Source: a virus
Taxonomy: Duplodnaviria; Caudoviricetes
Strand: one strand, 5' to 3'
Virus record (IMG/VR): IMGVR_UViG_3300036791_000807
Coordinates: 1 to 59,374 of that record
DNA: 59,374 nt
The notes beneath the pieces were generated by a model, which was not told where the DNA came from, made no database searches, and saw only the letters and a list, made by a program, of their open reading frames with translations. The translations under genes and the position numbers were made by a program. Positions 19,087 through 27,421 of this stretch are shown one piece after another (the stretch's first letter is position 1; each line of letters starts with the position of its first letter).

Positions 19087-19293
19087 TTAGCAGGCACATT
19101 CAGTCGTCAGAGCTTTGAACATCGCTGACGGTTCTTGTTCGTCGGAGTATGTAGCTGTGATCCACCAGTTCGTCGGGGTCCCATCGATGGGTCCGAAGTC
19201 AACCATGTCAAGAACTACCTTGACATTTCGCGCTTCTGCCTTCTCTCGCATCCTCATGTAGGTATTGAAGTTGCAAGGTGTTAGATCGCTCAT
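19087..19293 (-). CDS. hypothetical protein
   Basis: ORF with GGAGA RBS. Confidence 0.6.
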   Translation of the reverse strand: MSDLTPCNFNTYMRMREKAEARNVKVVLDMVDFGPIDGTPTNWWITATYSDEQEPSAMFKALTTECAC

Positions 19294-19302
19294 CGCGTTC
19301 TC

Positions 19303-19503
19303 CTATCTCATCTTGAGATGAACAAGCGCATTCCCAGTCACCTCAACCTTTCCCATGTTCGTGAACGATAAGTAGCTGCCGCAGCCTGGGCAGTAGTCCA
19401 CGCCGCAGCTAGCGTCATGTGCGTGCGCGTCGTCTGGCACCTGCACGATGACGACGCCTTCATCGGTATCGCAGTCAGAGCAAATAAACAACTGCCACTG
19501 CAT
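19303..19503 (-). CDS. small Zn-ribbon-like protein
   Basis: CSDC...CPGC; AAGGAGG RBS. Confidence 0.65.
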   Translation of the reverse strand: MQWQLFICSDCDTDEGVVIVQVPDDAHAHDASCGVDYCPGCGSYLSFTNMGKVEVTGNALVHLKMR

Positions 19504-19695
19504 GCAAAACCTCCTTTACTACGGACGCCCGCGACCCCAGCCTATATGAAAAGTCCTCTCCTACGCGGACGCGTGCGCGAACGCGAACAGAGTTCATGGG
19601 TAGCTGCCTCGCGGGCGTCCGTATTATAGGTGTTCATGATTTGGCCAGACCTATAAGCTCCCCCTTCGGGGGAGCTATATAGGGCTGACTCCTTG

Positions 19696-19902
19696 TCATT
19701 TCGATCTGTCGCGCTTGCGGACCAGAAGTTCAACCGGAATCGAGAATGCCCGCTTCGTCGGAGCATGGTAGACTTCAGGCTCTTCAGCGATCTCTAGGCC
19801 AATGATGACCACCTGAGTATTCGGCGACCATTCACCGAACGACTTGCGGATCAGGCAGACATCACCGATCTTCGGCGGTGTGTAACCCTTCAGCGATGCC
19901 AT
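19696..19902 (-). CDS. hypothetical SH3-like small protein
   Basis: ORF with AAGGAGG RBS. Confidence 0.6.
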   Translation of the reverse strand: MASLKGYTPPKIGDVCLIRKSFGEWSPNTQVVIIGLEIAEEPEVYHAPTKRAFSIPVELLVRKRDRSK

Positions 19903-19926
19903 CGTTCCTCCTTTGGGATTGGTACC

Positions 19927-20178
19927 CTATTCATAGTCTTCAGGTCTGGTACCCTCTGAAAACCATTCCTCCATCTCGTTCAGGTCCTCCTTGGAGAGGA
20001 CTTTCGGACTCGAAACGACGCTCAGGTGCCGTTTCGCACGGCCGCTAGTGGTGCTAGGATGGCCTCTCACCGGCCGGGAGACTCCGGACGGCTCCTTTTC
20101 CTTCTTCGTGCTGAACTCGGCGCAGGCCCTGGCGGTGCCAAGGATGACGCACACTGCGAGGAGGATCCAGAACATCAT
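19927..20178 (-). CDS. small membrane-anchored protein
   Basis: N-terminal hydrophobic helix; overlaps the helicase stop. Confidence 0.55.
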   Translation of the reverse strand: MMFWILLAVCVILGTARACAEFSTKKEKEPSGVSRPVRGHPSTTSGRAKRHLSVVSSPKVLSKEDLNEMEEWFSEGTRPEDYE

Positions 20179-21971
20179 CCGGATCCCTTCAGAGCGCGGA
20201 ATCCCTGGCGCCGCAGGTCGAGGATGTTCTTGTTAATATCCCACTTCTCATCGTTCACTTCCTTGATATACTGCTCAACCGTGCCACGGCTTCGGTAGAC
20301 AAACGCCGTAACCTGATGGTAACGGTTCGTGTCAACGGCTCGGTCGGTTAGCTGCTCCTGGTCGTCCGGGTTCCACGTCTCATCGAGAACGTGAACCGAA
20401 TCCGCACGGTTCAGGGTGATGCCGACTCCAGCCGCTGATGTTACGATCACCATCACGCGGAGCTTGCCACTCTGGAACTCAGCCTGCAATCGGTTGCGCT
20501 CCTTCTGTGACACTCTGCCGCTGATGATCTCACAGCCGATCCCCTGCGACACCAGGTGTCGCTGGATCATCTCGGCGGTCTCGCGGAACTGACTGGCAAC
20601 GATGGCCTGCTCATCACCTTCCGGCTCCTCAGGGTCAATCCCTGCCTCATAGAGGCGTTCAAGTAGCTCTGGGATCTTGCCCGATTCCTCGGTCGCTCTG
20701 AGCTTCATCTCAACCTTGCCGGTCTCCTCGTCCACCTTCATCACCTCAATCGTATTCCGGTGATTCGCGAACTGCTTGAGGCGGACATACTCCGCGAGGA
20801 TTGACGTCGCAGACAGGTGGTACTCGTCGATGCGGATCTCTGCCTGCTTGGCGAACTCGTTGTACTGAGCCGCCTGCTTGGGCACCATCTCACACCATAC
20901 ATCCACCCACTGCTTCTCGGGGATCTGAGGTAGCACCTCAGTCCTCAGCCGTCGTACTGTGTGCTTCGCAAGCATACGGTAGAAGTGATCCTCCAAACCG
21001 CGCTTGATGCCACCGATCTCCTTGTGGTTGCCCCACACTGTATTGATCACCAGCCACTGGGAAGCCCACGTCCACTTCGACGTATACTGCTGCGGCTCGA
21101 TGAAGTGCAGAGCGCCCCACAACTTGATCGGCTTGCCGCCCATCGGTGTTCCGCTGAGGGCATACTTCCGTTCAGCCTTGATCTTGCCAACTGCCTTCGG
21201 AAACACGTTCTTGATCTCGGGCAGGCCGGTCTTGTGGAACTCGTCAATGGTCAACGAGCCCCACTCCTTCACCTGCGGGTACGACTCGCGCCGGATCATG
21301 TCCGGCGTCGTGACGAACCAGAACGGCTTGTCCTTGTCGAGACATCGCTCCACGGTTCTCTCAGCCTCCGCTTTCTCGCGGATGTTGAGGTCACCGTGAT
21401 ACGAGACGACAACGTGATCCGTCCACCGCTCGATCTCCATCCTCCAGACAGAGTCGATGGTAGACTTCGGCGCGACGACGAGATGAGGCATGTTCTCGAT
21501 ACCGGCCTCAAAGACCGCACCGATGACCTCTGTCGTCTTGCCCAGACGCGGCTCGTTCAGGTTCAGGCAGTTAGCCGTCGCCATGAACTTGACGTCTGCA
21601 CGCTGATACGGACGGAACCATTCAACCAGATCGGGGAGCTTCTTCGCTATCACCAGATCATCGATGGCCACATCGTCCATGACCGACAATGACTGGAGAC
21701 TCTGCTCCTTCTGGACCTGCCCCCGACCCCACGCCTTGATTCCACTTCCCAGTTCAAGTCCGTTGCCGAACTCTCTGCGAAGTGATCTCATGACGTCAAG
21801 GTCGAGAGGCAGAGTCCAGTGGGCCTGGCCTACATCTCCCGCCTTATCTTTCGGGACAAACCGAGCACCAGGAACGCGCTTGATTGCAGCGACAGCATCT
21901 TCGCTGTAACGGAAGATGACCAGACATCGGTCACCAGGGCCGTTCAACTCTAGGAACGCTGCGAGAGCCAC
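20175..21971 (-). CDS. SNF2/DEAD-like helicase
   Basis: FRPYQ, NEPRLGKT, IDEFH, LSGTP, GVGITLNRA, WNP..QLTDR. Start re-called to GTG 21971 after GAGGAGG. Confidence 0.9.
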   Translation of the reverse strand: MALAAFLELNGPGDRCLVIFRYSEDAVAAIKRVPGARFVPKDKAGDVGQAHWTLPLDLDVMRSLRREFGNGLELGSGIKAWGRGQVQKEQSLQSLSVMDDVAIDDLVIAKKLPDLVEWFRPYQRADVKFMATANCLNLNEPRLGKTTEVIGAVFEAGIENMPHLVVAPKSTIDSVWRMEIERWTDHVVVSYHGDLNIREKAEAERTVERCLDKDKPFWFVTTPDMIRRESYPQVKEWGSLTIDEFHKTGLPEIKNVFPKAVGKIKAERKYALSGTPMGGKPIKLWGALHFIEPQQYTSKWTWASQWLVINTVWGNHKEIGGIKRGLEDHFYRMLAKHTVRRLRTEVLPQIPEKQWVDVWCEMVPKQAAQYNEFAKQAEIRIDEYHLSATSILAEYVRLKQFANHRNTIEVMKVDEETGKVEMKLRATEESGKIPELLERLYEAGIDPEEPEGDEQAIVASQFRETAEMIQRHLVSQGIGCEIISGRVSQKERNRLQAEFQSGKLRVMVIVTSAAGVGITLNRADSVHVLDETWNPDDQEQLTDRAVDTNRYHQVTAFVYRSRGTVEQYIKEVNDEKWDINKNILDLRRQGFRALKGSG

Positions 21972-22287
21972 GTCTCTTCTTGCCTCCTCTGAAGATTGCG
22001 AAGAGTGAACAGTCGCGTGCTGCGAACTCCCACTCTCCTTCTTCCATCGGGATGCGAACTCCATTTCTGGCTCGCCCCGCTAGGTTGCTCTGGGCGTTGT
22101 TAGCCTGTTCGGGTGAGTCAAACACCGCGACTTCGGCCCATTCGCCCGGAGTGTTAACCAACGGCGCCAGCCTGATGGCCCATGTAATCCCAGGACCACC
22201 CTTCTGAGGAAGTTCACCAACAAACGTGACCTCTTGCGATTCAATCCTGCGATTGAACCGTTCCTTTTCCTTTCGGGTTCTTGGCAT
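21931..22287 (-). CDS. hypothetical protein
   Basis: Start MPRTRKEK after an AAGGAG RBS. Confidence 0.6.
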   Translation of the reverse strand: MPRTRKEKERFNRRIESQEVTFVGELPQKGGPGITWAIRLAPLVNTPGEWAEVAVFDSPEQANNAQSNLAGRARNGVRIPMEEGEWEFAARDCSLFAIFRGGKKRRGSRSVPRVERPW

Positions 22288-22423
22288 ACCCCACTCCTTT
22301 CTGTATACGGCCAAGCTTGTGTGTGGTGGGGAGCCCAGGCGGAGGGTACCACCGACGCCCAGGCTCCCCCATCGCGCCAAGAGCAGATCCGCTGCTCGGC
22401 GCGAACTTGCACGCGCGTCGATC

Positions 22424-22693
22424 CTATTGGATCTCGCTGCGCTTCGGAAGACGACCTGCCCTAAAGCAATATGGACAAGATCTTCCAATGATCACAATCG
22501 GTTGTTTCGGCCTGGTTGGCGACTCGCGGATCAGGCGGTTGGGCCTCATCCACTCGCGCTCCGCTACCAGGAATGGTCTGCCCGCCTTGGTGCCAGGACA
22601 GTCCGCGTATCCACAGGTGACGACCAAGAAGGCAGGGAATGTCTCGCTGCGCTTCGCGGTGTACACCGGCAATCTACTCTCGATTGCTTCCAT
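22424..22693 (-). CDS. Zn-binding hypothetical protein
   Basis: CGYADC...CPYC; GGAGG RBS. Confidence 0.6.
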   Translation of the reverse strand: MEAIESRLPVYTAKRSETFPAFLVVTCGYADCPGTKAGRPFLVAEREWMRPNRLIRESPTRPKQPIVIIGRSCPYCFRAGRLPKRSEIQ

Positions 22694-22694
22694 C

Positions 22695-22793
22695 TCAACT
22701 AAACCTCCATCTGAAGATAAGTGTCAAGATGACCAGCACCAGGATGATTAGGATCAGCTTGATCCAGCCTAGCACTGGTGGCTCATCGTGCAA
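22695..22793 (-). CDS. 32-aa membrane peptide
   Basis: TTG start right after AGGAGGGTACC; MHDEPPVLGWIKLILIILVLVILTLIFRWRFS. Confidence 0.55.
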   Translation of the reverse strand: MHDEPPVLGWIKLILIILVLVILTLIFRWRFS

Positions 22794-22795
22794 TT

Positions 22796-22855
22796 GGTAC
22801 CCTCCTTATGAGACTTCGGGATGCGCAGGTCGAACCTGCGGCACCCGCAATCTCA
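22796..22855 (-). promoter_or_regulatory. stop-anchored stem + GGAGGGUACC RBS element (copy without the second hairpin)
   Basis: UGAGAUU-G-CGGG...CCCG-A-AGUCUCA followed by AAGGAGGGUACC. Confidence 0.7.
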
Positions 22856-23191
22856 CTTCTTGGCCCTACCTGGATCCTTCAGTCGAATGTCAGCGACGGC
22901 TACCGTGCGAAGCCCACCAGGATCGGTGTAGACTTGTACGAGCGTACGTGCGCGCTCACCGACAATCTCATCATCGATCTTGATTGGTCCTCGCGGCAGG
23001 AGCTTCTTGAGTGACAATACTCGACCCGCATCGTAGACTAGAGCGGGCATATGCCACATCCTGCCTGTATCCGGATTGGGTCTTTCGTCCGGCTTGAAGT
23101 CCAGCCAGATCCGGTGACCTTCCAGAAGCTGTTGAAGCTCTGAAAGGTCACCGGTCTGACTAGCTTCGGTGGCCGCCGCTATGAGGGGTTT
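22853..23191 (-). CDS. open frame, probably a -1 frameshift extension of the 23179-23697 gene (or a separate gene from ATG 23059)
   Basis: The frame stays open from 23191 but has no start codon until 23059; A-AAC-CCC slip site plus a strong downstream stem. Confidence 0.5.
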   Translation of the reverse strand, partial: KPLIAAATEASQTGDLSELQQLLEGHRIWLDFKPDERPNPDTGRMWHMPALVYDAGRVLSLKKLLPRGPIKIDDEIVGERARTLVQVYTDPGGLRTVAVADIRLKDPGRAKK

Positions 23192-23697
23192 TCAGACCGC
23201 GCAGCGCGACGCTGAGCCAGAGTGCGGGCACGTCCGCGAGGACGCGCAGCCGCCGACTTGCTCTTGGTCTTGCTGCCCGACTTCGCAGCCGACGACTTCT
23301 TGGAAGAAGCCTTGGTTGCGGTGCCGGTCTTGCGGGCCGGACCCGACTTGCGATTGCCCCGACTGGGTGCCTCGTCCGCCTCACCATTCAGGGGCGGCAG
23401 AGGAGCGCTGGCGTCTCCGCCAGCCTCCTCGTACAACTCCTTGGCACGAGCGACGGACTCGCCGATGCGAGCGGCGATCAGTTCCCAGCGGTTCCGTTCG
23501 TTGTCCCGCAGGTTCATGACCGACTTCGCGGTTGCCGGCGCACTGTCCTCTCGTCCGGAATCGACGAGTGCCTGCGAGAATGCCAGCGAGGAGATCCCGC
23601 TGACGGGCAGCCCCAACTCTTCGGCGGCTGCCGAGTGCCCGATGTCCTGCTTCTGCAGCAGTTTCACGAGCTTGTCGTAGTAATCACCAACGGCCAT
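23179..23697 (-). CDS. HTH DNA-binding protein with a histone-H1-like basic tail
   Basis: AAAEELGLPVS and RWELIAARIGESVARAKELY HTH-like segments; K/S/A-rich tail; AAGGAGGGAGC RBS. Confidence 0.7.
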   Translation of the reverse strand: MAVGDYYDKLVKLLQKQDIGHSAAAEELGLPVSGISSLAFSQALVDSGREDSAPATAKSVMNLRDNERNRWELIAARIGESVARAKELYEEAGGDASAPLPPLNGEADEAPSRGNRKSGPARKTGTATKASSKKSSAAKSGSKTKSKSAAARPRGRARTLAQRRAARSENPS

Positions 23698-23731
23698 TCT
23701 GCTCCCTCCTTTGTAGGATAACGGCCATTAA

Positions 23732-23765
23732 GGGTGAGTATATAGGTAACTCACCCCCGCGTCTA
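23732..23765 (-). promoter_or_regulatory. promoter with an overlapping palindromic operator
   Basis: TAGACG-N17-TATACT on the minus strand; inverted repeat GGGTGAGT-N9-ACTCACCC overlaps the -10. Confidence 0.65.
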
Positions 23766-23838
23766 CCCCAAATTTCCAGGGTAAACGGGAGCCATGGGGG
23801 CTCCGGGCGGTGGCAGCTGACGCCGCCCCACCCGCAAC

Positions 23839-24423
23839 TCACAGCTTCTCGAACGCGCTCCGATATGTGCAGAGGAAGTCTTCAACATCATCCGGCTCTC
23901 GATGCGAGATCGGCCGGGGCAGCTTGTTCATCGGGATGACCTTCTTCTTCCTGACGTCGATGCCGATGGCCTCCAGCCCCGCTCTTGTCCCAGCATGGAC
24001 ATAGATAGCTTCAGGCTTCAGCCCGAGGTACGCGCCGAACCTGACCGCGACATCGTAGACTGTCATCGGTCCGATTCCACTCGTCTTCAGGAACTCAAAC
24101 CCCGCATGAAGCGTGGCGAAGTCTCGCGATCTCATCAGCATCGGTAGATGACTGACCACTCGTCTGCGGTAGCGCGGCAGAGCCGGGCTGACCTTCGACT
24201 GGTGATTGTGCATCCTTCCGTTCGGTCGAATGCTCATCACCGCTCGATGGGCAGCGACGACCGGCGTTGGAGCTTCAGCGCACCAGGCCGGGATGTTGTC
24301 TGAGTAGCGACGAATGGGAGAGTCAGGATCGTCTCGCCTCCAGACGAAGTCACGCCACAACGCGTGCATGCTCGTCATCGGTTCCAGCGGTGGATTCTGC
24401 TCCCACACTCGCTCAATGTTCAT
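23839..24423 (-). CDS. HhH-GPD / DNA-glycosylase-fold protein
   Basis: SGIGPMTVYD HhH motif, YVHAGT, C-terminal VEDFLC. Confidence 0.6.
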   Translation of the reverse strand: MNIERVWEQNPPLEPMTSMHALWRDFVWRRDDPDSPIRRYSDNIPAWCAEAPTPVVAAHRAVMSIRPNGRMHNHQSKVSPALPRYRRRVVSHLPMLMRSRDFATLHAGFEFLKTSGIGPMTVYDVAVRFGAYLGLKPEAIYVHAGTRAGLEAIGIDVRKKKVIPMNKLPRPISHREPDDVEDFLCTYRSAFEKL

Positions 24424-24424
24424 T

Positions 24425-24496
24425 GGTACCCTCCTTTGGTGAATCGACAGGATTGTCGATTCGGAGGGGCAGCTAGGCTGCCCTACCGGATCGTCA
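24425..24496 (-). promoter_or_regulatory. two-state stem + GGAGGGUACC element
   Basis: Stem starts on the upstream UGA; alternative hairpin GAAUCGACA-AUCC-UGUCGAUUC. Confidence 0.75.
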
Positions 24497-25465
24497 ACTA
24501 CCGATCTGCTTCCCGGATCCCGGCTTGACGCCGCGACCGGGGTGGCTGCTGATGTTGGCCCGATTGCCGGCCGACTGTCCGCTGTTGTAGGCAGCGGTGT
24601 CGAACTTGCGGCTGTTGCCTTTCACCAGTGTCCCGCGCTGTCCCATATCCGGGAACATCTGTCTCATGAACTCGCGGTTGATATCGCGCTGCTCGCGCAG
24701 AACGAGATCCATCCCGGTTCCATCGACCTTCACCTTGTTCTGAGCGTCACGCATCTCGCTCAGCCGCGAGGCTACCCGCGTTGCGAAGCCGTCCGCGAAG
24801 TTGCGGCGGTACGTCTTCCAGTTGGCGTAGTCCTGCGGGACATTCATGCGCTTGCACCAGCGGCGGTACGCATGAGCGGTCAGATGCCGAGCCTTGTCTG
24901 TCGTGACGTCCGTATGGAAGCCATGATCCTGCATGATCTTGGCCGTCTCCAGCCAATTCCATCCAGCTTCCCTGAACGTCTGAAGGTTCCGATAGTAGTC
25001 CTTGTCCGGATCGTAATGCGGACGAACCTTCTCGATCAGCTGCGTCATGAGAGATGAGAAGAGAAGCTCCATGTACGCCAGGTCGGTCTCGGTGCCGATC
25101 ACCGGAATGACGTTGGACACATACTGCTTCCGTTCTCCGCTGTAGTGCTGCTTGTGGAAGACGAGGATGCAGTTCGTGTACGATCCCACCGAGTAGAACA
25201 GACGCCACAAGGCGTCGTGGATCTCGGGGAATGGTCCGGACTCAAAGGCGAAGCCGTAATCAAAATCCTTGACAATCGGCTCGCGCTCGGAGATCCGGCC
25301 TACCTGATGCTGCTGAAGCTCCCACATCTCGATGCGGTACTTCATCATCAGTTCCTCCGCCTTGGCGAAGAAAGCGTCACGCTCACCTTCATGCGTGGAC
25401 GATTCCGCCTTGGCCAGGAGTCCCTGAATCTTGCGCATCAGGTCGTCCTTCCTGGTTTCTTTCAT
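24494..25465 (-). CDS. DUF2786-domain protein
   Basis: KIQGLLAKAES..ERDAFFAKAEELMMKY; RNFADGFA..RL; AYNSGQSAG. Confidence 0.8.
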   Translation of the reverse strand: MKETRKDDLMRKIQGLLAKAESSTHEGERDAFFAKAEELMMKYRIEMWELQQHQVGRISEREPIVKDFDYGFAFESGPFPEIHDALWRLFYSVGSYTNCILVFHKQHYSGERKQYVSNVIPVIGTETDLAYMELLFSSLMTQLIEKVRPHYDPDKDYYRNLQTFREAGWNWLETAKIMQDHGFHTDVTTDKARHLTAHAYRRWCKRMNVPQDYANWKTYRRNFADGFATRVASRLSEMRDAQNKVKVDGTGMDLVLREQRDINREFMRQMFPDMGQRGTLVKGNSRKFDTAAYNSGQSAGNRANISSHPGRGVKPGSGKQIGS

Positions 25466-25467
25466 TT

Positions 25468-25560
25468 GGTACCCTCCATTCGGCTTTCGGAACATACACC
25501 ACGTAGGTTCCAGACCGCGCCCGCCACCGCAGAGGCGGGCACGACCTGCGACCTACTTGG
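25468..25560 (-). promoter_or_regulatory. two-state stem + GGAGGGUACC element
   Basis: GUAGGU...ACCUAC stem on the upstream UAG; alternative GGAAC...GUUCC hairpin. Confidence 0.7.
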
Positions 25561-25861
25561 ACGCGATGCTACCAACTTCGTATGAAGCGACGACCCATTC
25601 ATCGGCGTCGTTTTGAGGATCAACTGCGAGCGCGTACCAGTGGCCGCGCCAGCCGATATCCTCATTCCGATCACGCATCTTCCAAGCATGTTCACCGATC
25701 GGATCCCAACTCTCGGCGAGCGAGTCCCAGATGTGTTCGACTCGCAACATCATCGGGATTCCTTCGGTGCCTTCCATGAGCTTCAGGTAGACGATGTCAC
25801 CCACCTTCGGCTTGGGCAGGTTGTCGTGCGGGTCGAACGGCTGAGGACTGTCCTCAAACAT
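25553..25861 (-). CDS. hypothetical protein
   Basis: Start MFEDSPQ overlaps the upstream stop region. Confidence 0.6.
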   Translation of the reverse strand: MFEDSPQPFDPHDNLPKPKVGDIVYLKLMEGTEGIPMMLRVEHIWDSLAESWDPIGEHAWKMRDRNEDIGWRGHWYALAVDPQNDADEWVVASYEVGSIASK

Positions 25862-26105
25862 CGAGCCGCAGGAGCCCTTCTTCAACCAGAAGAGCCTCAT
25901 AGGCAGCAAACACTGCCTTCTTTGTTCGTCCCGGATTGGGTCTACCAACCCCAACCAGCAGTTGACGAGCTTGCTTGGCAGGGCTGACCCGCCAGGTCGG
26001 GCCATCCGGCTTCTCGACCTCCAGCTTCAGCTTGTGATAGATCTGAAGCAGAGCGAACGCCTGAATGGCATGGGGGTTGTCAAGGATGATCGGTTGTTCG
26101 CTCAC
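25854..26105 (-). CDS. hypothetical protein
   Basis: Coupled ORF in the early operon. Confidence 0.65.
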   Translation of the reverse strand: MSEQPIILDNPHAIQAFALLQIYHKLKLEVEKPDGPTWRVSPAKQARQLLVGVGRPNPGRTKKAVFAAYEALLVEEGLLRLDV

Positions 26106-26341
26106 AGGTCCTCATCCTCGTCGAACGACGACGACTCCCTGACAATGTAGATCAGGTCGGTCCGGAACAGGTGCTCCTTGGAGGAGTTGTACCCATTACG
26201 CGGGAAGAACTTGATCCACTGGAAGCCATGTTCGTCCTTGAACACGATAGCGCCGTCGGCGTAGAAGTGCTCATCCTTGAAAACGACGATCAGCCGGTAG
26301 TCCAACTGGATATTGTCCTCTGAGAGAGGATCTTCGTCCAT
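26102..26341 (-). CDS. hypothetical acidic protein
   Basis: ATG directly after AGGAGGGTACC. Confidence 0.7.
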   Translation of the reverse strand: MDEDPLSEDNIQLDYRLIVVFKDEHFYADGAIVFKDEHGFQWIKFFPRNGYNSSKEHLFRTDLIYIVRESSSFDEDEDL

Positions 26342-26342
26342 T

Positions 26343-26414
26343 GGTACCCTCCTTTGGTCCGTGCTCAGTCATCTGAACACGAGGCAGGGATTTCTCATCC
26401 CTGCTTCCTGCTCA
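26343..26414 (-). promoter_or_regulatory. two-state stem + GGAGGGUACC element
   Basis: UGAGCA-G-GAAGCAGGGAU..AUCCCUGCCUC-G-UGUUCA; alternative GUGUUCAG-AUGA-CUGAGCAC. Confidence 0.8.
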
Positions 26415-26684
26415 GCCTGAAGGTCGCAGATCGTCTGCGGCATCCGGGTCATCCTGAAGTTCCAGGGGCAGACTCGCGATCTCCTGCATGATGTTGAAGT
26501 AGAGGAACAACATATGCTGGTTGAGAAGGGAGATGTCGGTCAGTGTCGCTGCGTTCAGAAAGTTCTGAAGCGCAACGCCAGCTGCCTCCGACGAGACGAC
26601 GAAGCCGCCGCCATCATGATCGATGGCGTGAACAATTCTACCGTCGTCCATGATCTGTTGATGGTAGAGTGCTCTGGCCTTCAT
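26412..26684 (-). CDS. hypothetical protein
   Basis: Coupled ORF; its stop sits in the stem. Confidence 0.65.
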   Translation of the reverse strand: MKARALYHQQIMDDGRIVHAIDHDGGGFVVSSEAAGVALQNFLNAATLTDISLLNQHMLFLYFNIMQEIASLPLELQDDPDAADDLRPSG

Positions 26685-27067
26685 GTTCTCACGCTCCAGT
26701 CGTCGTCCTTGCGCTCGTGCGTCTTGCCACGAGCGAAGAAGTCCTCCAGAGCATCGACAATCGTGTCGTGGTATTCACCCCACGAGCACGTGTCCACGAT
26801 CTGGTAGCCTCCGGTCGCCAGTGGCGAGTCGCTGGTCACCCAGCGATCCCAAGTCGCAAACGACTGCTGTGACTGCGGGCAGAGGCAGAGCACGATGGAC
26901 TGACGCCTGACGACGTTGCCGTTGTCATCCGTCTGCTCCGCGTAGACGTTCTCATCGATGATGATCGTGCCATTCGGGAGCTTCTGCCCAGGCTTCTTGG
27001 GGAAGCGGCTCCTATCGAGATCCAGCGGGATCTCAGACCGCTCGCCCAAGTAGGCGAACTCTTTCAT
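26681..27067 (-). CDS. hypothetical protein
   Basis: ATG after AGGAGGGTACC. Confidence 0.7.
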   Translation of the reverse strand: MKEFAYLGERSEIPLDLDRSRFPKKPGQKLPNGTIIIDENVYAEQTDDNGNVVRRQSIVLCLCPQSQQSFATWDRWVTSDSPLATGGYQIVDTCSWGEYHDTIVDALEDFFARGKTHERKDDDWSVRT

Positions 27068-27068
27068 T

Positions 27069-27142
27069 GGTACCCTCCTGTTCGGTCTGAAGCCAGGATT
27101 GACTTCGGCGCAGGGTTGCTTTCACAACCCTCGCCGCAATCA
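27069..27142 (-). promoter_or_regulatory. two-state stem + GGAGGGUACC element
   Basis: UGAUU-G-CGGCG...CGCCG-A-AGUCA; alternative GAAGUCA-AUCC-UGGCUUC. Confidence 0.75.
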
Positions 27143-27421
27143 CCTGAGCTTAGCTACCTCATAGTGAGGCTTGATGTACTTGGCCAGGTATGCACCGCTC
27201 GACTCGGCTCGCGCCAAGGCGTTCGCCCGTTGTCGGCTGACGCCGACATAAGCGTAGCGGCTGCCATCAGCGAACTGGACGACCATCGTTTTGTTCCCGT
27301 TCTGGGGCCATCCAACCCAGTCGATATTGCTGCTTTCGACTCGGCGGATATTGAGCTTGATCGGCCCGGCTTCGGAGATGATCGTGTGCTCGTCCTTCGG
27401 CTCCCATTCACTGAGAGGCAC
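27140..27421 (-). CDS. KTSC-domain protein
   Basis: VESSNIDWVGW..VQFADGSRYAYVGV..AESSGAYLAKYIK. Confidence 0.85.
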   Translation of the reverse strand: MPLSEWEPKDEHTIISEAGPIKLNIRRVESSNIDWVGWPQNGNKTMVVQFADGSRYAYVGVSRQRANALARAESSGAYLAKYIKPHYEVAKLR

